This document shows, one piece after another, positions 44,094 to 53,595 of a stretch of DNA of 64,000 bases; within the stretch, counting starts at the first letter, position 1, and every line of letters begins with the position of its first letter. The position numbers and the translations under genes were made by a program. This DNA is from an uncultured Opitutus sp. Its GTDB lineage: Bacteria; Verrucomicrobiota; Verrucomicrobiia; Opitutales; Opitutaceae. Below the pieces are notes generated by a model, which saw only the letters and a list, made by a program, of their open reading frames with translations, had not been told where the DNA came from and did no database searches. The stretch lies in contig CAYWRG010000018.1 of the NCBI GenBank assembly GCA_964460715.1, positions 773-64,772 of the forward strand, written 5' to 3'.

Positions 44094-45317
44094 ATGAGCA
44101 GCCCTTCCATCGTTCGCACCAGCACCGCTGACCTCTACGACGCGCATGTCCTGAAAAATTATGCGCGTGCGGCACTCACGTTGGTGCGTGGGCAGGGCTC
44201 ATGGGTCTGGGATGACCAGGGGCGCAAGTTTCTGGATTTCACCTCGGGCATTGCGGTCAGCGCCCTTGGCCATTGCCATCCGCACTGGGTTTCATCCGTG
44301 CAACGCCAGGCGGGAGAGCTGATTCACACGAGCAATTTGTTTCGTAACCCGAATCAGGCCGAGCTTGCGCGGCGGCTTGTTGGCCAAGCCGGCCCGGGTC
44401 GGGTGTTTTTCTGCAATAGCGGAGCCGAGGCCAACGAAGCCCTGATCAAGTTGGCGCGTCTGCACGGAGTGAAGAAGGCGGGTGGCGAAGAGGGGCGCTG
44501 CCATCGTATCATCTGCGCGAAGCAGGCCTTTCACGGGCGGACCTTCGGTGGCATGAGCGCGACGCCGCAGGAAAAAATCCAAAAGGGCTTCCGGCCCATG
44601 GTGCCGGGCTTTGCCTTTGGGGAGTTCAACAACCTCGCGAGCTTTGCCGAGCTGGTCGATGATCAGACGTGCGCGATCTTTGTGGAGACCATCCAGGGCG
44701 AGGGTGGGGTGCACCCGGCGACCAAGGAGTTCCTTGTCGGGCTGCGGGAACTCTGCAGCCGCCACAATTTGCTTCTGCTGCTGGATGAAGTGCAGTGCGG
44801 GATCGGGCGCACGGGCCGGTTTTTTGCGTATGAGCATGCAGGCATCCGGCCGGACGCCATCGGCATGGCCAAGGGTCTGGGAGGCGGATTCCCGATCGGG
44901 GCGGTCTGGATCGGCGCAACCAGCGCTGAGCTTTTCCAGCCCGGCATGCATGGAACGACCTTTGGTGGTACGCCCTTGGCCTGTGCGGCCGCACTGGCCG
45001 TTCTCGACGTGATCGAGTCAGAGCGACTGCTCGAAAAGGTTACGGTTAACAGCGTGCCTTGGATCGCGGCCTTGGGGCAGCTGGTTCGGGATTTTCCGGA
45101 CCGCATTTCGGGTGTGCGTGGCCAAGGCTATCTCATCGGGCTGCAGTTTACCGGTGATCCTAGCCCGTACGTGGCCGGATTCCGCGAGGCCGGCCTGCTG
45201 GCGCCGATGGCGGGTGGCAATGTGGTCCGCCTCCTCCCGCCACTCACGGCGACCCCGGAGGAACTTGCGCGCGCGGTGGACATCATCCGGGGCGTGTTGA
45301 AGAGCACGACGGCGTGA
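44094..45317 (+). CDS. argD: Acetylornithine aminotransferase
   Basis: Class III aminotransferase (FCNSGAEANEALIKLAR, LLLLDEVQCGIGRTG, MAKGLGGGFPIGA). Confidence 0.9.
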   Translation: MSSPSIVRTSTADLYDAHVLKNYARAALTLVRGQGSWVWDDQGRKFLDFTSGIAVSALGHCHPHWVSSVQRQAGELIHTSNLFRNPNQAELARRLVGQAGPGRVFFCNSGAEANEALIKLARLHGVKKAGGEEGRCHRIICAKQAFHGRTFGGMSATPQEKIQKGFRPMVPGFAFGEFNNLASFAELVDDQTCAIFVETIQGEGGVHPATKEFLVGLRELCSRHNLLLLLDEVQCGIGRTGRFFAYEHAGIRPDAIGMAKGLGGGFPIGAVWIGATSAELFQPGMHGTTFGGTPLACAAALAVLDVIESERLLEKVTVNSVPWIAALGQLVRDFPDRISGVRGQGYLIGLQFTGDPSPYVAGFREAGLLAPMAGGNVVRLLPPLTATPEELARAVDIIRGVLKSTTA

Positions 45318-45405
45318 GACGATCCCGTTCGATCCCCCTTGTTTCCGGCCTGATTTTCCACTCGTCGGGGCGGGTCGCGCCCTGTAGGGATATTCGCTTC
45401 ATTCC

Positions 45406-46353
45406 ATGAAGCATTTTCTCAAGGAGACCGACCTGCGACACCCGGCGATGGCTGAGGTGTTCGCGCTGGCCCGGGAGCTGAAGCAGAAGCGTGGCCGGCA
45501 CACGCCGCCGGTGCTTGCTGGCCAGACGTGGGCGATGATTTTCTCAAAATCGAGCACCCGTACGCGCGTCTCCTTTGAGGTCGGCATTCATGAGCTCGGC
45601 GGCAATCCGCTGTTTCTCAACCGCAATGATATCCAGCTCGGGCGCGGTGAATCGATCGAGGATACCGCGAAGGTGTTGTCGCGTTTTGTGCACGGCTTGA
45701 TCGTCCGCACCTACGACCATAGCGATGTCGAGCGCCTGTCCGCAGCGGGTACGATTCCGGTCATCAATGCCCTGACGGACTACCTGCATCCGTGTCAGAT
45801 CTACACCGACGCGTTCACTGCGGCCGAGCGCTGGGCGTCACCGGGTGGCGATCTGCTTGCCTCACTGAAGGGCCGCAAGATTGCGTTCCTCGGTGACACC
45901 GCATGCAACATGGCGAACTCGTGGATCCTCGGGGCGAATCTCTTCGGGATGACGATCTCTCTCGCCGGGCCGGTCGGCTTTGAGCCTGGAAAGGAAATTC
46001 AGGCGGAGCTTGCCAGGGAAGGCTGGGCTGGCCGTTACCACTTCACGAATGACCCGTATGAGGCCGTGGCCGGCGCGGATATCGTCTACACGGATGTCTG
46101 GGTGAGCATGGGCAAGGAGGAGGAGACGAAGGAGCGCATTCGCCTCATGTCGCCCTACGCCGTGACAGGGAAGCTCTTTGCCGCCGCCAAGCCCGATGCG
46201 CTCTTCATGCACTGCCTGCCTGCGCACGCAGGGGAGGAAGTCATGCAGGAGGTCCTCGACAATCCACGCTCCATCATCTTCGACCAGGCCGAAAACCGGC
46301 TGCACATGCAGAAGGCCATCATGGCCGTGCTCGCGCAGCGTCCTCGCGCCTGA
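45406..46353 (+). CDS. argF: Ornithine carbamoyltransferase
   Basis: FSKSSTRTRVSFE, HPCQ, FMHCLPA motifs. Confidence 0.93.
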   Translation: MKHFLKETDLRHPAMAEVFALARELKQKRGRHTPPVLAGQTWAMIFSKSSTRTRVSFEVGIHELGGNPLFLNRNDIQLGRGESIEDTAKVLSRFVHGLIVRTYDHSDVERLSAAGTIPVINALTDYLHPCQIYTDAFTAAERWASPGGDLLASLKGRKIAFLGDTACNMANSWILGANLFGMTISLAGPVGFEPGKEIQAELAREGWAGRYHFTNDPYEAVAGADIVYTDVWVSMGKEEETKERIRLMSPYAVTGKLFAAAKPDALFMHCLPAHAGEEVMQEVLDNPRSIIFDQAENRLHMQKAIMAVLAQRPRA

Positions 46354-46391
46354 TTTCACCCGTTTAACTTCATTCATCACTCCGTTTTATC

Positions 46392-47618
46392 ATGAAAATC
46401 GTTCTCGCTTACTCTGGTGGCCTCGACACCTCGGTCATCGTCAAGTGGCTCAAGGAAACGTACGACGCCGAGATCGTCACGTTCGCAGCCGACATCGGCC
46501 AGGAAGAGGAGCTCAAGGGGCTTCCGCAGAAGGCTCGCAAGACCGGGGCGTCCAAGCACTACACGCTCGATCTGATCGAGGAGTTTGCCCGCGATTTCAT
46601 CTTCCCGATGATCCGCGCCAACGCGATCTACGAGGGGCAGTACTATCTTGGCACCTCGATTGCGCGCCCGTTGATCGCGAAGGCGCAAGTTGAGATCGCG
46701 CACAAGGAAAAGGCCGACACCGTGGCGCATGGCGCCACCGGCAAAGGCAATGACCAGTGCCGCTTTGAGCTCACTTACATGGCGCTCGATCCGAAGCTGA
46801 CCATCATCGCCCCGTGGAAGATCGAGGCCTATCGTGAGAAGTTCCCGGGCCGCGCCGAGATGATCGCGTACTGCGCGAAGCACAATATCCCGGTTGAGGC
46901 TTCGTTGAAGAAGCCCTACTCGATGGATCGCAACCTTCTGCACATCTCCTACGAGGCGGGCATTCTCGAGGATCCGTGGTTCGACCCGACGACGAAGGCG
47001 AACAAGGGCATGTTCAAGCTTTCCGTTTCGCCGGAGGACGCACCCGACAAGCCCGAGTACGTCGAGATCGATTTCGAGAAGGGCAACGCCGTATCGGTCA
47101 ATGGCCGCAAGTTGACCCCGGGCAAGCTCCTCAAGGAGCTCAATCGTTTGGGTGGCAAGCACGGCATTGGCCGCGTCGATCTCGTCGAAAATCGCTTTGT
47201 CGGCATGAAGTCGCGAGGCGTGTACGAGACTCCGGGTGGCACGATCCTCATGCAGGCTCACCGCCAGGTGGAATCGCTCACCCTCGATCGCGAGGTCCTC
47301 CAGTTGCGCGATTCTCTGATCCCGAAGTATGCCCAGCTCGTCTACAATGGCTTCTGGTACGCGCCGGAGCGTGAAGCCCTGCAGGCTCTGGTCGATGAGA
47401 GCCAGCGCTACGTGAGCGGCACGGTTCGTCTCAAGCTTTACAAGGGCAACATCATCACCTGCGGCCGCAAGTCGAAGTACTCGATGTACGACGACAAGAT
47501 CGCGTCGATGGAGGGTGTGAAGAGCTGGTACAACCAGAGTGATGCGACGGGCTTTATCCGCCTGAACGGCCTGCGCCTCCGTGCGCGCAAGCTTGCGCAG
47601 GGTGGTCCGCGTCTTTGA
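46392..47618 (+). CDS. argG: Argininosuccinate synthase
   Basis: [15 protein letters not shown]...[14 protein letters not shown]... Confidence 0.95.
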   Translation: MKIVLAYSGGLDTSVIVKWLKETYDAEIVTFAADIGQEEELKGLPQKARKTGASKHYTLDLIEEFARDFIFPMIRANAIYEGQYYLGTSIARPLIAKAQVEIAHKEKADTVAHGATGKGNDQCRFELTYMALDPKLTIIAPWKIEAYREKFPGRAEMIAYCAKHNIPVEASLKKPYSMDRNLLHISYEAGILEDPWFDPTTKANKGMFKLSVSPEDAPDKPEYVEIDFEKGNAVSVNGRKLTPGKLLKELNRLGGKHGIGRVDLVENRFVGMKSRGVYETPGGTILMQAHRQVESLTLDREVLQLRDSLIPKYAQLVYNGFWYAPEREALQALVDESQRYVSGTVRLKLYKGNIITCGRKSKYSMYDDKIASMEGVKSWYNQSDATGFIRLNGLRLRARKLAQGGPRL

Positions 47619-47643
47619 TCACGTAGGCTTTACCATTTACCCC

Positions 47644-49065
47644 ATGCCCTCCGCCCAGCCGTTTCTGCACGAGGATTTTCTGCTGAACAGTGAATGGTCG
47701 CGGCTGCTCTATCACGAGCATGCGAAGCCGCAGCCGATCTACGACTACCACTGTCACCTTCCTCCCGATCAGATTGCCGCGAACCGTCAGTTCGCCAATC
47801 TGACGCAGATCTGGCTGGCGGGTGATCACTACAAGTGGCGTGCGTTGCGCACCAACGGGGTTTCCGAGGAGCTCATCACGGGCGCAGGCACGTCGGATTA
47901 CGAAAAATTCCTGGCCTATGCCCGCACCGTTCCTCAACTGGTGCGAAACCCTCTGCATCATTGGTCCCATCTGGAGCTGCGCCGGTATTTCGGGATCGAT
48001 CTGCTGATCAACGAGCAGAATGCGCCCCGCATATGGGAGGAGGCCAATGTGCGGCTGGCAGCGAAGGACATGTCGGTGCATGGCATCCTCGACCGGTTTC
48101 AGGTCAAGGTTGTCTGCACGACCGATGATCCAACTGACGATCTGGCTCACCACGTGGCTTGCGCGCGCAGCGGGCTCAAGACGCGGGTCTATCCCACGTT
48201 CCGCCCGGACAAGGCGATGATTGTTGGCCAACCGGCGGCGTTTCGTGCCTGGTGCGACCTCCTAGGGTCCCGGTCCAACGTGGAGGTGAAGGATCTGGTC
48301 ACGTTTTTGCAGGCGATTGATCGCCGGCACGCGTTCTTTCACTCGGTGGGTGGCCGCCTTTCGGATCACGGCATGGAGAGTATTCCGGACGTCGACTGCA
48401 CCGAGCGCGAGGCGGCGGCGATCTTTGCTTCGGCGTGGAGTGGGACCGCAGCGACACCTGATCAGGTTGCGAAATTCAGCTGGTTCATGATGCTCTTCTT
48501 GGGCCGCCTTGATGCCGAACGCGGGTGGACCAAGCAGCTTCACTTGGGCGCTTTGCGGAACAACAATGGACGGCTGTTGCGCAAGCTGGGCGCGGACGCG
48601 GGGGTCGATTCGATCGGCGACTTTCCGCAGGCGCGCGGCCTTTCCCGCTACCTTGATCAGCTGGATGGCGAAGAGAAGCTGCCCAAGATGGTTCTCTACA
48701 ATCTCAATCCGGCCGACAATTACGTCTTCGCGACCATGATCGGCAACTTCCAGGACGGCCGGCTTCCGGGGAAGATCCAGTTTGGATCGGGTTGGTGGTT
48801 CCTTGATCAGAAGGAAGGGATGGAGTGGCAGATAAACGCGCTTTCGCAGCTCGGTCTGCTGTCGCGTTTCGTGGGAATGCTCACGGATTCACGGAGCTTT
48901 CTGAGTTACGTTCGTCACGAGTACTTCCGTCGCCTCCTCTGTTCCATGATCGGAGCTGATGTGGAAGCCGGGTTGATCCCGGCTGATCGCGCACAGGTGG
49001 GCGGCTTGGTTGAGGATATTTGCTATCGCAACGCTGCATCCTACTTCGGTCTCACCACGGCCTAG
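47644..49065 (+). CDS. uxaC: Glucuronate isomerase
   Basis: ATG at 47644. FLHEDFLLNSEWSRLLYHEHAKPQPIYDYHCHLPP...GDHYKWRA... Confidence 0.9.
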   Translation: MPSAQPFLHEDFLLNSEWSRLLYHEHAKPQPIYDYHCHLPPDQIAANRQFANLTQIWLAGDHYKWRALRTNGVSEELITGAGTSDYEKFLAYARTVPQLVRNPLHHWSHLELRRYFGIDLLINEQNAPRIWEEANVRLAAKDMSVHGILDRFQVKVVCTTDDPTDDLAHHVACARSGLKTRVYPTFRPDKAMIVGQPAAFRAWCDLLGSRSNVEVKDLVTFLQAIDRRHAFFHSVGGRLSDHGMESIPDVDCTEREAAAIFASAWSGTAATPDQVAKFSWFMMLFLGRLDAERGWTKQLHLGALRNNNGRLLRKLGADAGVDSIGDFPQARGLSRYLDQLDGEEKLPKMVLYNLNPADNYVFATMIGNFQDGRLPGKIQFGSGWWFLDQKEGMEWQINALSQLGLLSRFVGMLTDSRSFLSYVRHEYFRRLLCSMIGADVEAGLIPADRAQVGGLVEDICYRNAASYFGLTTA

Positions 49066-49156
49066 TCCCAACCTAGGTTAGGCTGCAGGAGAGACTGAAT
49101 CGCAGTTTCGTTGTGACCGAACTTGAATGACGCCGCTGACGCGGTAGAGATGGGGC

Positions 49157-49819
49157 ATGCGGGTCGCGGTGATTGAAGATCAGGCTCTGGTGCGCGAGTA
49201 TCTTGCGATGCTGGTGCGCAAGCATCTGGGCGTGCAGGATGTCCTCGCGATTGGATCGATGGCTGAGCTTCGACAGCGAGAGGAAGAGTTTGTAGGCGTT
49301 AATCTGATCATATTCGACATTGATCTCGGTGATGGGAGCACGATCGATTGGGCGGTCGAACGCGCACAAAAATCCGGGAGTGGGGTTATGGTTGCACTCA
49401 GCTCGATCTCGGGTGCTTTCCCCTTCAAAAAACTCCAGACGTCAGGGATCAGTCTTGTTCACAAGAACGACTGTGAGGCGGAGTTTGTCGATGTTCTCCG
49501 TCAAGCCTTGGGCGGGGCCGTTGTGTTATCGCGGCGTGTGATGGATTTAATTTCCGCGGCGGGGCGTGATCCGCTTTCGCCCATCAAGTTGCTCGGGGCC
49601 AAGGAGCAGCAGGTTCTTGGTCTGTTGGGTCAGCGCCTGAGTAACGAGGAAATATCCGAGCTGTTGGGTTGTGCCCCGAGCACGGTTGCGGATCATCGCA
49701 AGCGAATCATGCGCAAGCTTGATCTTCATCGGATCGAGGAGGTTATCGACTACGCGATCCGGCACGGAATGGTGCATGATTCCGTCGCGGCGGGGGCCCG
49801 CTCGGGAATCAAGCGGTGA
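49157..49819 (+). CDS. Response regulator, LuxR/NarL family (REC + HTH_LuxR)
   Basis: REC domain (MRVAVIEDQ...IIFDIDLGDG). C-terminal LuxR HTH (KEQQVLGLLGQRLSNEEISELLGCAPSTVADHRKRIMRKL). Confidence 0.85.
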   Translation: MRVAVIEDQALVREYLAMLVRKHLGVQDVLAIGSMAELRQREEEFVGVNLIIFDIDLGDGSTIDWAVERAQKSGSGVMVALSSISGAFPFKKLQTSGISLVHKNDCEAEFVDVLRQALGGAVVLSRRVMDLISAAGRDPLSPIKLLGAKEQQVLGLLGQRLSNEEISELLGCAPSTVADHRKRIMRKLDLHRIEEVIDYAIRHGMVHDSVAAGARSGIKR

Positions 49820-52800
49820 GTCGCTGACGGGTTTGCGCAATCTCCTCTGCCGCAAAAGGCAGGAGCTTGTCGACGGTTGACCAGTCGGCAGATTCAGCTG
49901 CGCTCTCGAGGAGAGCAATTTGTTCGGCGGCACCCTCCTCAGAGGCGAGCAGCAGGAGGGAGCGAAGAGCATGCGCTTCGCGTGGTGTCCGCGGATCTCG
50001 AAGTTCCGCCAAAGTGGTTGTGCTTTGCCAGCGCGCGGCGATATCGCTCGCGAGTTGCTCGCATGACGGCGCGAGATCCCCCAGGGATGCAAGTGGCGAG
50101 GCAGGCGCAGCCGCGAGATTGATGTCCAGCGAGCGGCGCGGTTGCAGCCCCTCGGAAAGGCCGCGGATTACTCGAGAGAGTTTTTCCTTGGTGATCGGCT
50201 TTGTGACAAAGCCAGTCATGCCGGCTGCTCGGGCCTCGTCTAGTTTCTCGGTGGTCGAATACGCGGTGACAGCGATCACCGGTGGCTTGGGATTCGGCAG
50301 CAAGGAGAGGATTCGCTTGCAGAGGTCGCCGCCGTTCATGTCAGGCAGCCGCCAGTCGGTCAGCACCAAGTCATACTGGCGTTCGCTGGCGAGTTTGAGG
50401 GCGGAGGTTCCGTCGGCCGCCCAGTCGACCTGGTAGCCCAAGGCGCGAAGGACGTGGCCCAGGGCGATGCGATTGTAGTCCTCGTCCTCGATGGCCAGCG
50501 CACGCGAAACCATCGCAGGAAGCTCGACCGCCTTTTCCGGTGGGCGGGCGTTTGGCAGCAGAACTTCGATCGCGAATTCGGTAACGCCATCGATGCTTGC
50601 CGCGGTGATGCGCCCACCCATGGATTGAATCAACCGGCGGCACACGGCAAGTCCCAGACCGGACCCCGGCATGCCGGCGGTTCGGGACCCACGTTGAAAT
50701 GATTCGAAGAGGCGCGGAATCTCGTCGACTGGGATGGTTGGACCGGAATTTCTTACGGCAATCCGGATTCGCGACCGTCCGCCGCCGGCATTTTCCACCC
50801 GGACTTCGATGCCGGCCTCACGGGGAACGCCATATTTTAGGGCGTTGGAGATCAGGTTGCAGGCGATCTGGCGGAGCTTTCCCGAGTCGCCGTGTAACCA
50901 TACTGCCTCATCGGGCAGAATCAGGGTGCATGCGCTCCTCTCAGGATCCATGACCATGGCGGATTCCTCAATGAGGGCCACGAGCTCGAAGTCCTGATTG
51001 GTGACGGCGACATCGCCTCGCTCGATTCGCGAAAAATCGAGAATGTCATCGAGCATAGAACGCAGCTGGTCGGCGCATCCGCCTAGTGTGCGAACCAGCA
51101 TCTTTTCCCTGGGTCCAACCTCGCGATCGGCAAGCATCGCGCAGATCCCGACAACTCCGTTGAGCGGATTGCGAATTTCGTGACTGATGCCGGCTAGGAA
51201 TTCCTCCTTCGCGGCGTTGGCCTTGCGAAGTTCGGAGGTTCGCAACGCTACGCGCCGTTCGAGCTCACGATTACGGCGCTCAAGTCGGCGAGTTCGAAGT
51301 CGGGCAAGACCGATGACAAGTCCTGCGGTGAGACCAACATGAAGCGGCCAGGCCCATGGGCGCAGCCACCACGGCCAAGGGCGGATGACGGTGAACTGCC
51401 GTTCGACTATAAGGCCGTTGCGCTCGGCTTGAGTGGATAGCAAGGTTTCGCCCCAGGAAACAGGTATCTTGAATTGGCTGCCTAGCTGGAGTTCTGACCA
51501 AGGACCCATTCCGACCCGCACTCGTAACTGAGTTGAAGGCGATGTCGGAAAGTCGGGCGAGATGGCCGTTACCTGAGCGAACTCTTCCGCGGAGGATCGC
51601 AAGTATATGCGCTTGTCTTCCACTCTTGCTGACCAGTTCAATTCAGGGTTAGGTGTTTGGGATTGCGGAATAGGTAGGCGCACGCGAATTACGCCGCGCG
51701 GGCCGGCTGCGAAGAGGTAATTCTCTGTCGCTGTAATGTGCTCTGCTCCGATTTGGGCAAGGCCTGGGATTTCCAGAGGCTGCCAAGTTCCGCCTTCAAT
51801 GGTTCCAAGTACGGGGTCGCGTCCAGGCCTAGTTGTTAACACAGCGAGTTTTCCCTGAATTAGAGTCGCATCGCGTGGATTCCCGTTCTCGATCTTTCCC
51901 ACTAGATTGACGTCAGAGTCGAGAATGGTGCCGTCCCAAAAAAGTAAAGTAACCTTGCCCGGTCTAACTTCGCGTACAGCTACACGACCGGTACCGATTT
52001 GCGCTTTGAGTTCTCCGGTGGGAGAAAATGTGTACGCGCCTCGAGTATTTGATCCGGCAATGAAGTTTAGGCCGTCACTCGCAAGACTGTTTATTACGCC
52101 ATCTATTGGGGCGGTGTGCGTGACCCCGTTGACTGTCAGTGAGACCATCCCGTGATCTAAAACCACAGCGGCAGCATCTGCCGTTACGGCAAGACCCTTC
52201 ACGAATCGATAAGGCAAGGTAGCTGATGATCCCTTAAACATTAGTATCTTATCGACGACGGAAGCGTCTTTAGTTGCGGGCCATTGTGTCGACTGATCCG
52301 AGATTGCTCGGATGTTGGTATCTTTTATTGTGATCGTTCCCGATCCAGTCATGACCTCTAATTCACCGCGTACGTTTGTTTGGACCTGAAAAATCGCCTC
52401 ATTATTTAACGCTGTGAACTGGGTTGTCCATGGGTCGCCCATCGCGAAAAGGCCATCTGCTGTTCCGATTAGATAGCCGCCATTGTAGGGAATGAAACAG
52501 TATACGTTTCCCTCAGGCCTCCACTCCCATGCCGATTCTTCTGCGCCGGGGCGGTAAGCGTATATGCCTGAAGTGAATGTTGGCACGACGATCCACGGGC
52601 CTGCTGAGGCGAGACCGACAATGCCTGAGTCCAATAGGTGTTGTGCGTCGGGGCCTCGGAAGACAGCGTTTCCGGCATCGGTTAAGATTCCGCGGCTAGT
52701 GGCAAGATAATCTCCGGCTTTCCAGTAAATGCGCAGGTCGCCTAAGGCGGAAAGATTGGGCTTCACTGTCAGGTCGCCGTTTTTCCAGATGCGGGGTGTA

Positions 52801-53321
52801 TCACCTGGGTTGCTAATGACTATGTCAGCGCCGATTTTTGCGACCCGGGTTTGGTTGCCTGATAAAGAAGGTGGCAGCACAGACTTTGATGAGCCATCCG
52901 GTGATATAAGCCATAACCCGTTGCGACCTGCGACCAGCCAACCTTCGTCAACTGGTTCCGAGGAAAGGTATTCGCCCTCCATTCCTGGAATCATGATGAT
53001 GTTTCCGTCACGAACCAATCCGCAGAAACCAGAGCCCGCTACGAGTAGATCCTCATCGCGATGGGATATCGTTTGGACGACTTGTCCGCGTGGCGTCGCT
53101 ACCAGCTCCCACGCGCCGTTTGGCATTCCAAACGCGACTCCTCCCTCGAAGCCTAGCGCAATCTGACCACGCGGTAATTCCTCGATGGTCCAGATGGGCT
53201 TGCTTCGCAAGAACTCTGGCAGGCGAACTTCGCTTACAAGCGGACCTAGGCCCGAGGCGCGTACACCAAAAAACAAGTAAGCAAGCAGAAAAAGCACCCA
53301 AGACTTAGTCATAAACTTCAT
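49809..53321 (-). CDS. Hybrid sensor histidine kinase: large periplasmic propeller-like sensor + HisKA + HATPase + REC + Hpt
   Basis: Track ORF 49809..53348; ATG at 53321 gives MKFMTKSWVLFLLAYLF. About 600-aa periplasmic region, then a TM segment. H-box FLAGISHEIRNPLN, followed by HATPase, REC (DLVLTDWRLPDMNG) and an Hpt-like C-terminus (EAHALRSLL). Converges on the LuxR regulator gene and overlaps it by 11 nt. Confidence 0.85.
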   Translation of the reverse strand: MKFMTKSWVLFLLAYLFFGVRASGLGPLVSEVRLPEFLRSKPIWTIEELPRGQIALGFEGGVAFGMPNGAWELVATPRGQVVQTISHRDEDLLVAGSGFCGLVRDGNIIMIPGMEGEYLSSEPVDEGWLVAGRNGLWLISPDGSSKSVLPPSLSGNQTRVAKIGADIVISNPGDTPRIWKNGDLTVKPNLSALGDLRIYWKAGDYLATSRGILTDAGNAVFRGPDAQHLLDSGIVGLASAGPWIVVPTFTSGIYAYRPGAEESAWEWRPEGNVYCFIPYNGGYLIGTADGLFAMGDPWTTQFTALNNEAIFQVQTNVRGELEVMTGSGTITIKDTNIRAISDQSTQWPATKDASVVDKILMFKGSSATLPYRFVKGLAVTADAAAVVLDHGMVSLTVNGVTHTAPIDGVINSLASDGLNFIAGSNTRGAYTFSPTGELKAQIGTGRVAVREVRPGKVTLLFWDGTILDSDVNLVGKIENGNPRDATLIQGKLAVLTTRPGRDPVLGTIEGGTWQPLEIPGLAQIGAEHITATENYLFAAGPRGVIRVRLPIPQSQTPNPELNWSARVEDKRIYLRSSAEEFAQVTAISPDFPTSPSTQLRVRVGMGPWSELQLGSQFKIPVSWGETLLSTQAERNGLIVERQFTVIRPWPWWLRPWAWPLHVGLTAGLVIGLARLRTRRLERRNRELERRVALRTSELRKANAAKEEFLAGISHEIRNPLNGVVGICAMLADREVGPREKMLVRTLGGCADQLRSMLDDILDFSRIERGDVAVTNQDFELVALIEESAMVMDPERSACTLILPDEAVWLHGDSGKLRQIACNLISNALKYGVPREAGIEVRVENAGGGRSRIRIAVRNSGPTIPVDEIPRLFESFQRGSRTAGMPGSGLGLAVCRRLIQSMGGRITAASIDGVTEFAIEVLLPNARPPEKAVELPAMVSRALAIEDEDYNRIALGHVLRALGYQVDWAADGTSALKLASERQYDLVLTDWRLPDMNGGDLCKRILSLLPNPKPPVIAVTAYSTTEKLDEARAAGMTGFVTKPITKEKLSRVIRGLSEGLQPRRSLDINLAAAPASPLASLGDLAPSCEQLASDIAARWQSTTTLAELRDPRTPREAHALRSLLLLASEEGAAEQIALLESAAESADWSTVDKLLPFAAEEIAQTRQRLTA

Positions 53322-53381
53322 CCGGAATGGGGTAGATAATCGGCTCACATGAAACGATGGGCAACGAGATATTCGTGGAGT

Positions 53382-53573
53382 ATGAAAAAGATGCTTTCCT
53401 TTTGCTCGTTTATTGCCGGATCGGCGGCCGCTGCCCTTTTGGCTTTAGGTTTCAGTGATGCAGCCGGCAAACTTGATCCAGTTTCCCAAAAGACGGTTAA
53501 TGCGTCATCTATGCAAACCGGCGAGGCTTCTGCACTACCATGCATCGACGCTGATCTTCGGTCATCGATGTAA
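53382..53573 (+). CDS. Small ORF with signal-peptide-like N-terminus (63 aa; start uncertain among 53349/53382/53391)
   Basis: MKKMLSFCSFIAGSAAAALLALGFSDAAGKLDPVSQKTVNASSMQTGEASALPCIDADLRSSM. GGAG at 53377-53380 is well spaced for the ATG at 53391. AT-rich region, so coding status is unproven. Confidence 0.3.
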   Translation: MKKMLSFCSFIAGSAAAALLALGFSDAAGKLDPVSQKTVNASSMQTGEASALPCIDADLRSSM

Positions 53574-53595
53574 CGGATAAACGTCTATCCGTATC

